In this document: positions 56,679-64,000 of the stretch, piece by piece
Position numbering within the stretch: position 1 is the stretch's first letter
How the letters are laid out: each line of letters opens with the position of its first letter
Source: Dehalococcoidia bacterium
GTDB taxonomy: Bacteria; Chloroflexota; Dehalococcoidia; Bin125
Length of the DNA: 64,000 nt
Assembly: GCA_963663235.2 (NCBI GenBank)
Contig: CAXXNO010000008.1
Coordinates: 30,107 to 94,106 of the forward strand
Reading direction: 5' to 3'
Made by a program: the position numbers and the translations under genes
Notes under the pieces: model-generated
Databases searched by the model: none
What the model saw: only the letters and a program-made list of their open reading frames with translations
Told to the model about the DNA's origin: nothing

Positions 56679-58073
56679 ATATTTCTCAAGCAGTTCTATC
56701 TGGGCTGTCTGGCGCATGCCTCGTACATGATCGGCGACGAAGAGAGCCGCGCCGCGGTCATCGTCGATCCCCGGCGAGACATCGATGAGTATTTGGCCGA
56801 GGCCGATGCTCGTGGACTCCGGATCGAGCGTGTGATCCTGACGCATTTCCACGCAGACTTCGTTGCCGGCCACATCGAGCTCCGGGATCGGGTGGGCGCC
56901 GAGATCTTTCTGGGCGCGAAGGCGGAAGCCGACTATGCCTTCACCCGGCTCTACGACGGCGACATCATTGAGTTCGGCAAGACAAAGCTTCAGGCCTTAG
57001 AGACGCCGGGACACACACCCGAGGGCATCTCGATCCTCGTGTTCGATCTCGAGAAGGACACCGAGGAACCCCACGCCGTGCTCACCGGCGATACCCTCTT
57101 CATCGGCGATGTGGGCCGGCCGGATCTGATGGCCTCCGTAGGCGTCAGTGCAGAGCAACTGGCGCACATGCTCTACGACTCGTTGCACCAGAAGCTCTTA
57201 CCCCTTCCTGACGAAACGATCGTCTATCCGGCCCACGGCGCCGGCTCGCTCTGCGGCAAGAGCCTGAGTACGGATACCTCCTCCACGATGGGAGTGCAGC
57301 GTCAGTACAACTACGCCCTCCAGCCCATGAGCAGGGAAGAGTTCGTACGCCTCGTGACCGTTGACCAGTCCGAGGTGCCCGCCTACTTCTCCTACGATGC
57401 GGACCTCAACCGCCGAGAGCGGCCCACGCTTGATAGCGCGCTGGAGTCCGAGCTCATCCCTCTCTCTTTGGAGGAAGTGCTCCGCATGAAGAACGCCGGC
57501 GCGCAGGTGATTGATGTGCGCGATCCCGGTGAGTTCGCGGCCGCCCACCTCGTTGACACGATGGAGCTCGGCCTCGGCGGCCAGTACGCCACTTGGGCTG
57601 GGACGCTCCTCAGTCGAGAACGTCCGATCGTCATCATCGCGGAGCCGGGCCGGGAGGAAGAGGCGGCGATCCGCCTTGGGCGCGTCGGCTTCGACAACAT
57701 GGCCGGCTATCTGGACGGCGGCATGGGCGCCGTTCAGGCGCAGCCGGACCTGATCGAACGCTTTGAGCGTCTGGCTCCCGCAACCCTGGCTGAGCGCCTC
57801 CACGACCCGGCCCCATCGTTTCTCCTGGACGTGCGGCGCGAATCCGAGTACGAGATGAGTCGTATCGAGGGAAGCCTGAATATCCCGCTGAGCCACTTGG
57901 ACGAACGAGTGAACGAATTGCCCCGCGACCGCGAGATCGTCATCTACTGTGCGGGCGGCTATCGCTCGGCCATCGCGGCGAGCCTGTTAATGCAGCACGG
58001 CTTGCGGAAGGTCTCGGACCTGGTCGGTGGCTTCAAGGCTTGGGATGCAACCGTGGTGACGCCAACGGCATGA
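56679..58073 (+). CDS. CstB-like persulfide dioxygenase (MBL fold) fused to two rhodanese domains
   Basis: FLKQFYLGCLAHASYMIGDE...THFHADFVAGH...ETPGHTPE...TGDTLFIGDVGRPD, then two rhodanese domains, the last with IVIYCAGGYRSAIAAS. The conserved N-terminus begins upstream of the first ATG (56727). An AAGGAG Shine-Dalgarno at 56666-56671 is followed 7 nt later by an ATA at 56679. Confidence 0.8.
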   Translation: MFLKQFYLGCLAHASYMIGDEESRAAVIVDPRRDIDEYLAEADARGLRIERVILTHFHADFVAGHIELRDRVGAEIFLGAKAEADYAFTRLYDGDIIEFGKTKLQALETPGHTPEGISILVFDLEKDTEEPHAVLTGDTLFIGDVGRPDLMASVGVSAEQLAHMLYDSLHQKLLPLPDETIVYPAHGAGSLCGKSLSTDTSSTMGVQRQYNYALQPMSREEFVRLVTVDQSEVPAYFSYDADLNRRERPTLDSALESELIPLSLEEVLRMKNAGAQVIDVRDPGEFAAAHLVDTMELGLGGQYATWAGTLLSRERPIVIIAEPGREEEAAIRLGRVGFDNMAGYLDGGMGAVQAQPDLIERFERLAPATLAERLHDPAPSFLLDVRRESEYEMSRIEGSLNIPLSHLDERVNELPRDREIVIYCAGGYRSAIAASLLMQHGLRKVSDLVGGFKAWDATVVTPTA

Positions 58074-58123
58074 CGGTGGCGAAGGGCGCCTCCAGGCTGC
58101 GCCCGCTACCGCACTTCCGAAAG

Positions 58124-59062
58124 TCAGTCGAACATCTTGGCGACGCGCATGATCGCGTCGGGTTGATCCGGGCTCGTGTAGAGCGTCGACACGGTGAGCG
58201 TGACTCCCGCGGCCTGCCATGCCTCGACCTTGTCGCGGATCTGCGGCACGGAGCCGAAAATGCCGATGTCGTCGGCCATCCGCTCGGAGATCGACGCGTC
58301 GATCGCAGCGGTGTCGTCCGCCTCGACGGCGGCCATGCCCCGCCGCGCCTCCTCCTCGTAGCCCGCTTCGATGAAGAACGATGTGTAGTTGGGTAGCCGC
58401 ATGTGGAGCCCTAGGAAGCGTCGCACGAACGCCAGTCCTTCGTCGCGGTCGTTGGTGATCCAGATCGGGGCGATGTTCTCTAGGCGGAAGGTGTCGCGCT
58501 TCGCGGCCGGGATCTCTTTCCGTAACTCGGGCACGTGTGAGAGCGGCCAGTTGCCCCCAAGCGCACCCTCGGCGATCTCGCCGGCGAGGTGTGTCATCTT
58601 GCGCCGGAGTGCTCCGATGAGGATAGGCGGCAGCGGCTGGCGGGGCGCGGCGGCGTGGATTCGCTCCACGTAGTCGCGCATGTGTGCCAGCGGCTTCTGC
58701 GGCTGGATCCCGAAGCGCTTGAGGATCGCGTCGTGGCTCGTGCCGAGGCCCAGCAGGTAGCGCCCATCGCTGATCTCGTGATTGAAGGACGCAGCGCCCG
58801 CCAGGTCCGCGGGATGGCGCATATAGGTAACCGTGATCCCGCTCTCGACGATGAGCGTGCTCGTCGCTTGAAGGATCGCCGTGCAGAGGCTGAGGCTGTC
58901 GTAGACCTCGGAGATGCCGGAGATCCAATCCCCTTGTGGCACGGCGTAGTCGTAGGGGCAGATGACGCGCGGGAAGCCGCGCCGTTCCAACTCCTGGGCC
59001 ACCTTGATGGCGGCCTTGCGGTCACCCGGCTCCGCGAACAGCAGCATCCCGGGCTTGGGCAT
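58124..59062 (-). CDS. luciferase-like monooxygenase (LLM) class, probably F420/flavin-dependent oxidoreductase
   Basis: TIM-barrel LLM pattern: GRYLLGLGTSH...ILIGALRRKMTHLAGEIAEGAL...IFGSVPQIRDKVEAWQAAGV. Confidence 0.7.
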   Translation of the reverse strand: MPKPGMLLFAEPGDRKAAIKVAQELERRGFPRVICPYDYAVPQGDWISGISEVYDSLSLCTAILQATSTLIVESGITVTYMRHPADLAGAASFNHEISDGRYLLGLGTSHDAILKRFGIQPQKPLAHMRDYVERIHAAAPRQPLPPILIGALRRKMTHLAGEIAEGALGGNWPLSHVPELRKEIPAAKRDTFRLENIAPIWITNDRDEGLAFVRRFLGLHMRLPNYTSFFIEAGYEEEARRGMAAVEADDTAAIDASISERMADDIGIFGSVPQIRDKVEAWQAAGVTLTVSTLYTSPDQPDAIMRVAKMFD

Positions 59063-59169
59063 CGTGCGGTCCCTTCAGGTTCGCGGCGTCCGGCAGGGTA
59101 GCACTCTTATCTCTCCGGTGGCCGGACGGCCGAGGTCTTGTCGCTTGCCTCGCACCTGTTTCCGGCGGC

Positions 59170-59490
59170 CACCCGGGTACTTCCCGATGATCCGCGAGAT
59201 TTTTGATCGGTACGGGCTGCTCATCGTTGCCGACGAGGTGATGACCGGAACGGCCGCACAGCGCGCTGGTTCGCCATGGAGCACTGGGATGTCCTCGCCG
59301 CGCACATCGCCATGCCGCGTTCGAGCGTGGACTCATCGTTTACCCTTGCATCGGCATCGCGGCCGGGTGCAGGGTGACGCCGTTCTTATCGGCCCCCCAC
59401 TCAACGTCACCTACGATGAGTTGGACGCCCTCGTGGCGAGGCTGTCCGAGGCCATCGGCTCGATCGCGGCGGAAGCCGCGCCCGCGGTGA
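59170..59490 (+). pseudogene. degraded C-terminal fragment of a class-III aminotransferase
   Basis: REIFDRYGLLIVADEVMTG in one frame, RWFAMEHWDV in a second, and AVLIGPPLNVTYDELDALVARLSEAI again in another. At least two frameshifts or deletions are present, and the whole N-terminal half is absent. Confidence 0.7.
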
Positions 59491-59533
59491 GGCTCGGAGG
59501 CCGGGCCGCCTGGGGTGGGAAGGAGGCGACGGG

Positions 59534-60913
59534 ATGACCTCTGCTGCCGACGCGCTCAGGGACGAGGTTGAGCAGGGCTACCGGCGGCGAACCCCGACTT
59601 CGGCGCGTCTCTACGAGCAGGCACGCGAGTCCTTTCCCGGCGGCGACACGCGGCAGACGGTGTTCTTCAAGCCTTACCCGCTCTTCCTGGACGGCGGCGC
59701 TGGCGCGTACGTCGAGGATGCGGACGGCAATCGCCTGCTCGACTGCTCGAACTGCTGGTCCGCCCAGATCCTCGGGTACGCAAACCCCGCCGTCGTCGAT
59801 GCCGTGACGCAGCAGCTGGGTCGTGGCACGGCGTTCAACGCGGCGAACCGGCCGGCGTTGGAACTGGCAGAGACGCTGCGCGAGCGGCTGCCCTCCCTCG
59901 AATCTATTCGCTTCACCAACACCGGCAGCGAGGCGACGATGCTTGCGGTCCGCGCGGCCCGCGCGTTCACCAGCCGGCGCGATGTCGTGAAGATGGTCGG
60001 CGCCTATCACGGCGCGCACGACGACTGGCTGGTGGCCGGCGGGCGGCCGCAGCTCGGCCTGATTCCCGGCGTCGCCGACCATGTGCTGGAAGTCCCCTTC
60101 AACGATAAAGACGAGATTGCTCGCCTGCTCGACGAGCGGGGCGACGATATCGCGGCCGTGATCGTTGAGGGGATCATGGGCGTCGCCGGAATGCTCCCGC
60201 CGCTCAACGACTACTTCTTGCACCTACGCGCCGAGACGGCGCGCCGTGGAGTCGTGCTCATCCTGGACGAAGTGATCTCGTTCCGGCTCGCCGGCGGGGG
60301 CGCGCAAGAGATCTACGGCCTGCGGCCGGACCTCACAGCGTTGGGCAAGATCATCGGGGGTGGCTTCCCGGTGGGTGCCTTCGGCGGGAGACGGGACCTG
60401 ATGGAGCAGTTCTCACCGCTCAATCCTGAACACCTCAGCCACAGCGGCACGTTCAACGCGAACCCTGTCTCGATGGTCGCCGGTCTCGCGACCTTGAGGG
60501 AACTGGATGCCGATACGATCGCCTACGTCAATCGACTCGGCGAGCGCTTCGCGGATGGAGTGCGGCGGGTCGCCGATGAGCAGAATGCTCCCTTGAAGGT
60601 GACGGGGGTAGGGTCGCTGCGCAACCTGCATTTTGCTGCCAGACCGCCGCGCGACGCGTTAGAAGCATCGCGCGTGGACAAGGCGCTGCTCCACCTCCTC
60701 CATCTGAAACTCATCACGCTCGGGATCCTCACCGTGGCCCGCGGCATGTACGCCTTCTCCACGGTCACGACTCCAGATGAGGTGGACGGGGTCGTCGAGC
60801 GGATCGGCGAGGCGCTGCGCTGGCTGCAGCCCGCCATTAAGGAGCGGGCGGCGGTTTTGTCACGGGGGAAGGGGCCGTCGCCGGATAGCCCCTCGCTCAG
60901 ATATTCGGCGTAG
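59534..60913 (+). CDS. class-III (glutamate-1-semialdehyde aminomutase-like) PLP aminotransferase
   Basis: FTNTGSEATMLAVRAARAFT...ILDEVISFRL...DLTALGKIIGGGFPVGAFGG contains the PLP Lys, followed by SGTFNANP. Confidence 0.85.
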   Translation: MTSAADALRDEVEQGYRRRTPTSARLYEQARESFPGGDTRQTVFFKPYPLFLDGGAGAYVEDADGNRLLDCSNCWSAQILGYANPAVVDAVTQQLGRGTAFNAANRPALELAETLRERLPSLESIRFTNTGSEATMLAVRAARAFTSRRDVVKMVGAYHGAHDDWLVAGGRPQLGLIPGVADHVLEVPFNDKDEIARLLDERGDDIAAVIVEGIMGVAGMLPPLNDYFLHLRAETARRGVVLILDEVISFRLAGGGAQEIYGLRPDLTALGKIIGGGFPVGAFGGRRDLMEQFSPLNPEHLSHSGTFNANPVSMVAGLATLRELDADTIAYVNRLGERFADGVRRVADEQNAPLKVTGVGSLRNLHFAARPPRDALEASRVDKALLHLLHLKLITLGILTVARGMYAFSTVTTPDEVDGVVERIGEALRWLQPAIKERAAVLSRGKGPSPDSPSLRYSA

Positions 60914-60995
60914 CGCAGCTTCGGTCGCCGGATCGCCTCAATGTCTCCAGCCGCTGGACCTGTTCTTCGAGCAGAGACATTGTGTTCATCCTGCG

Positions 60996-62429
60996 TCATA
61001 CCACCGGTCCGGAGAGCACCTCTTCATGAACCCTGCGCCGGAGCCACTGGCCGTCCGTGGGGCTGCCGAGCAGCGCCCCATCCTCCACAATCACCTTGCC
61101 CCGCAGGATGGTCATCACCGGATAACCGTGACAGCTGAAGCCCTCCCAGATGCTGTAGTCGGAGTCGGCGTGGAGGTCGCCGAGGGTGATGGTCTTCTCT
61201 AGGGCGGGATCGAGGAGCATGAGGTCCGCGTCGGCGCCCGGCAGGATCGCTCCCTTGCGTGGGTAAAGACCGAGAATCTTCGCTGCGTTCGTCGCTGTGA
61301 TCGCGGCGAAGCGATCGAGCGACATTCCCCGCTCTACCACGAACTTGGTGTAGGCCACCGGGACGCGCGTCTCGATCCCGTTGTGTCCGCCACAGACGGT
61401 CTCGATCGTCTTCCCGTAGAGCTTGACGTCCTTCGTCGTGGTGTATTCGTCCGTGGCCAGGGTCGACAGTCGACCGTCCAGCAGCGCCTCGATCAAAGTG
61501 TCCCGGTCCTCCGCCGACTTGATGGCCGGGTAAGTGTGGATCGCGGTGCCCTCGGGTTTGCGGTAGTCGTCGCTGGTAAAGTGGAGATAGTTGTGCAGCG
61601 CTTCCCCGTAGACCGGCAGGCCGTCGCTCCGCGCTTCCCCGATCGCCTGCACTCCCTCCGCGGCCGTGGTGTGCAGGAAGTTGATGGCAGCGCCCGTGTG
61701 TGTGGCTAGCTGGATCACTGTCCGGAAGGCGATGTCCTCGGAAAGGTTGTTGTGCACTAGATGCAGGTTGTACCCCTGGTCTCGACCTTGCCGCTTGAGC
61801 GTCTCCGTCATGTGTCGAACGATGTCGTCATCTTCGCCGTGCACGACCATGATGCCGCCGTGTCTCGCCACCTTCGCAAACACGACCGCCAGGTGTCCGT
61901 GCGGCACTCGTGTGCGACCAAACGTCGTGAAGACCTTGAAACTCGCGTTGCCCTCTTGAACAGCCTCTTCGATTTGCTCCACGGTCTCCGGCGCCACCTC
62001 CCCGGTCAGGATGTAGTGGAAGGCGAAGTCTGTGTAGCAATGGCCGGCGAACGTCCCTCGGCGCCGCTCGATGTCCTCAACGATCGTTGTAGTCGGCAGC
62101 CCCTCGGACCGGCGCGGCCGGCTGGCGAAATCAACGACCGTCGTCACTCCGCCGAACACGGCGGCGCGGCTGGCGGCCTCCGATGACTGGGTGTAGACAT
62201 CGCGGCGGCCGGCCCAGGCCTCCGCCACCAGTTCACCGATGTGCGCGTGTGGCTCGATCGCTCCCGGGAGAACGATCTTGCCCGTCGCCTCGATTACCCG
62301 TGCGGCGTCGCCTGTCTCGACGCCCGACTCGGAGACGGTCGCAATGCGGCCGTCTTTGATCCCCACATCGAGCTCCGCGACCGTTCCCGGTGTCACAACC
62401 CGTCCACCGCGGACGATGAGATCCAGCAT
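60996..62429 (-). CDS. dihydropyrimidinase / D-hydantoinase family cyclic amidohydrolase
   Basis: LDLIVRGGRVVTP...VLPGAIEPHAHI (HxH metal site), NASFKVF (carboxylated Lys context), VHGEDDD, and LATDEYTT. Confidence 0.85.
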   Translation of the reverse strand: MLDLIVRGGRVVTPGTVAELDVGIKDGRIATVSESGVETGDAARVIEATGKIVLPGAIEPHAHIGELVAEAWAGRRDVYTQSSEAASRAAVFGGVTTVVDFASRPRRSEGLPTTTIVEDIERRRGTFAGHCYTDFAFHYILTGEVAPETVEQIEEAVQEGNASFKVFTTFGRTRVPHGHLAVVFAKVARHGGIMVVHGEDDDIVRHMTETLKRQGRDQGYNLHLVHNNLSEDIAFRTVIQLATHTGAAINFLHTTAAEGVQAIGEARSDGLPVYGEALHNYLHFTSDDYRKPEGTAIHTYPAIKSAEDRDTLIEALLDGRLSTLATDEYTTTKDVKLYGKTIETVCGGHNGIETRVPVAYTKFVVERGMSLDRFAAITATNAAKILGLYPRKGAILPGADADLMLLDPALEKTITLGDLHADSDYSIWEGFSCHGYPVMTILRGKVIVEDGALLGSPTDGQWLRRRVHEEVLSGPVV

Positions 62430-62561
62430 GGCGCCGCCTCTCTGGGATCTGCCGGGCCTGACAGAGGATACGCTCCCCTTGCCGCCCTGTGGGCAGGACG
62501 CTATCGTCGGGAATCAACGGGCCGCGTCGCATTCATGACGCCTGAGCAAGGGAGCTGTGTC

Positions 62562-63755
62562 ATGGCTACGGCTGTCGTCGATCGTATCCGCGTGATCGAC
62601 GTGGACACTCACATCTCGGAGCCCGAGGATCTCTGGACATCCCGGCTCTCGGCGAAGAAGTGGGGCGACAAGATTCCGCGCGTCGTGCCGGATCCCCGCG
62701 GTCCGCGCCAGGATAGCGGTCAGATCGACGACATGTGGATCTGGAACGGCCACCGGGTAATGGCCACCGCGCTGCTGGCCTATGCCGGACACGATAGCCC
62801 CTTCCCCTCCCACCCGCCGACCCTGGCCGACGCCCACCCCGCTTCCTACCAGGCGTCGGCCCGCCTCAAGCTCCTGGACGAGGTGGGGCTGCACGCCCAA
62901 GTCATATACCCGAACGTCTGCGGCTTCGGCGCGGGCGGTTTCCTCACGCTCGAGGATCCCGAGCTCATGCTGGAGGCTTGCCGCGCCTATAACGACTTCC
63001 TGACCGAGTGGTGCGACGCTGATCCGCAGCGGCTGATCCCGATCTGCGCGCTGCCCTTCTGGGACGTCGATGCGGCGGTGAAGGAGATCGAACGCTGCGC
63101 CAAGATGGGGCATAAAGGAGTGCTCTTCGGCGCCCGTACCGAGACGTTCGGCCTCCCCTGGCTCGCCGACCCGCACTGGGATCCGGTCTGGGCCGCGGCG
63201 CAAGATCTGGGTCTGCCCGTCAACTTCCATATCGCGGGCGGCAATCTGGATCAGCCCGTCGTGTGGCCTGGCCATCATGCCAAGTCGCGCGTGATCTCCG
63301 GTTCGGTGCTCTTCTTCCTGGACAACGGATTCGCCATTACCGAGGTGATCGTCGGTGGTGTCGCGCATCGCTTCCCTCGACTGAACTTCGTATCGGTCGA
63401 GAGTGGAGTCGGTTGGCTGCCGTTTTTCATCGAGGCGCTGGACTGGCAGTGGAAGAACAACGGCGGCGCCCAGGACCATCCGGAATTCGGCCTCCTCCCG
63501 AGCGAGTACTTCCGTCGGCAGATTTATGGCTGCTTCTGGTTCGAGCAAGAGTCGGCGCGACTGGCGCTGGAGACGTTCCCCGACAACATCATGTACGAAA
63601 CGGACTTCCCCCACCCGACCAGCATGTCACCCGGGCCGGCTTCCGTGGCCGACTCCCCCAACGAGTACATCGAGAAATACCTGAGCGACCTCCCGGATGA
63701 TCTACTCCGTGCCGTCCTGCACGACACCGCCGCCAAGGTGTACCACCTCGACTGA
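62562..63755 (+). CDS. amidohydrolase-2 (ACMSD/decarboxylase-like) family protein
   Basis: IRVIDVDTHISEPEDLW (HxH-type metal site)...VNFHIAGG...IMYETDFPHP. GGGAG Shine-Dalgarno before the ATG at 62562. An alternative ATG at 62535 is possible. Confidence 0.8.
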   Translation: MATAVVDRIRVIDVDTHISEPEDLWTSRLSAKKWGDKIPRVVPDPRGPRQDSGQIDDMWIWNGHRVMATALLAYAGHDSPFPSHPPTLADAHPASYQASARLKLLDEVGLHAQVIYPNVCGFGAGGFLTLEDPELMLEACRAYNDFLTEWCDADPQRLIPICALPFWDVDAAVKEIERCAKMGHKGVLFGARTETFGLPWLADPHWDPVWAAAQDLGLPVNFHIAGGNLDQPVVWPGHHAKSRVISGSVLFFLDNGFAITEVIVGGVAHRFPRLNFVSVESGVGWLPFFIEALDWQWKNNGGAQDHPEFGLLPSEYFRRQIYGCFWFEQESARLALETFPDNIMYETDFPHPTSMSPGPASVADSPNEYIEKYLSDLPDDLLRAVLHDTAAKVYHLD

Positions 63756-63805
63756 CTTCGGGTCGCCGCTGCGTCTGAGCGCGCACGTCTTCAAGGAGGA
63801 TTCGC

Positions 63806-64000
63806 ATGACCGCAGCGAACGGTGACACGTACAGCGGCGTCTTCCAACTCACGAAGATGGAGCGCGTTTGCTACGGGCCCAATGCGGTTGACTCGCTGGG
63901 GGAGGAGGTCGACGCGTTCGGCGGCACCAAGGTGCTGATCATCGCCAGCAACACGCTGGCGACTAAGACCAACGTCGTGGACCGAATTCAGGGCGCTCTG
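63806..64000 (+). CDS. iron-containing alcohol dehydrogenase / maleylacetate-reductase-like protein, N-terminal part (runs off the right edge)
   Basis: AAGGAGGA Shine-Dalgarno, then MTAANGDTYSGVFQLTKMERVCYGPNAVDSLGEEVDAFGGTKVLIIASNTLAT, which matches the Fe-ADH N-terminal pattern. Confidence 0.6.
   Translation, partial: MTAANGDTYSGVFQLTKMERVCYGPNAVDSLGEEVDAFGGTKVLIIASNTLATKTNVVDRIQGAL

Overview
High-GC (about 68-70%) bacterial chromosomal window. Protein signatures (GroEL, Tup, Hpn) and the intergenic repeat families suggest a Chloroflexota/Thermomicrobia-like genome, but that is inference only, since no search was possible. Most of the window is ordinary housekeeping or catabolic DNA.

Gene content, left to right:
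- argC-argJ-argB-(REP cluster)-argD operon
- nth, a lipoprotein gene and a geranylgeranyl-reductase-like gene
- tupABC tungstate transporter
- stand-alone groEL with a CIRCE operator
- HDOD / S26 peptidase / FmdB-like / thiamine pyrophosphokinase genes
- thiolase plus DUF35 pair, and a DinB-family gene
- a frameshifted membrane-anchored pentapeptide-repeat gene
- hpnH-hpnG-hpnA hopanoid side-chain genes
- MocA / CoxM-like / IscU / M20 peptidase / peroxiredoxin / MidA-like methyltransferase run
- an IS6-family element that truncates a CDF transporter gene
- an amidase / MaoC / DMT / amidase accessory stretch containing gene remnants
- a complete leucine-catabolism (liu/mcc) cluster
- alkA
- a sulfur-oxidation-type cluster: fused FeS-NrfD subunit, TauE, a Tat-less 975-aa molybdopterin enzyme, and a CstB-like persulfide dioxygenase-rhodanese
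- an LLM oxidoreductase / aminotransferase / hydantoinase / amidohydrolase cluster

No rRNA, tRNA or CRISPR array was seen, and no recognisable defence system.

The observations I consider most worth a second look:
1. An in-frame 147-bp tandem array that repeats the 3' end (Fe-S cluster loop plus stop codon) of nth about five times.
2. A second case, at the DinB-family gene, where a gene's stop-codon region is duplicated around REP units.
3. The cytoplasmic SoeABC-like Mo/W enzyme set with a fused FeS-membrane subunit.
4. A frameshift at a C6/G6 tract inside perfect repeats of the pentapeptide gene.
5. Two conserved genes that lack canonical start codons.

Many long ORFs in the supplied track are antisense or off-frame artefacts of the high GC content and were not called. 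The track also writes alternative start codons as M.
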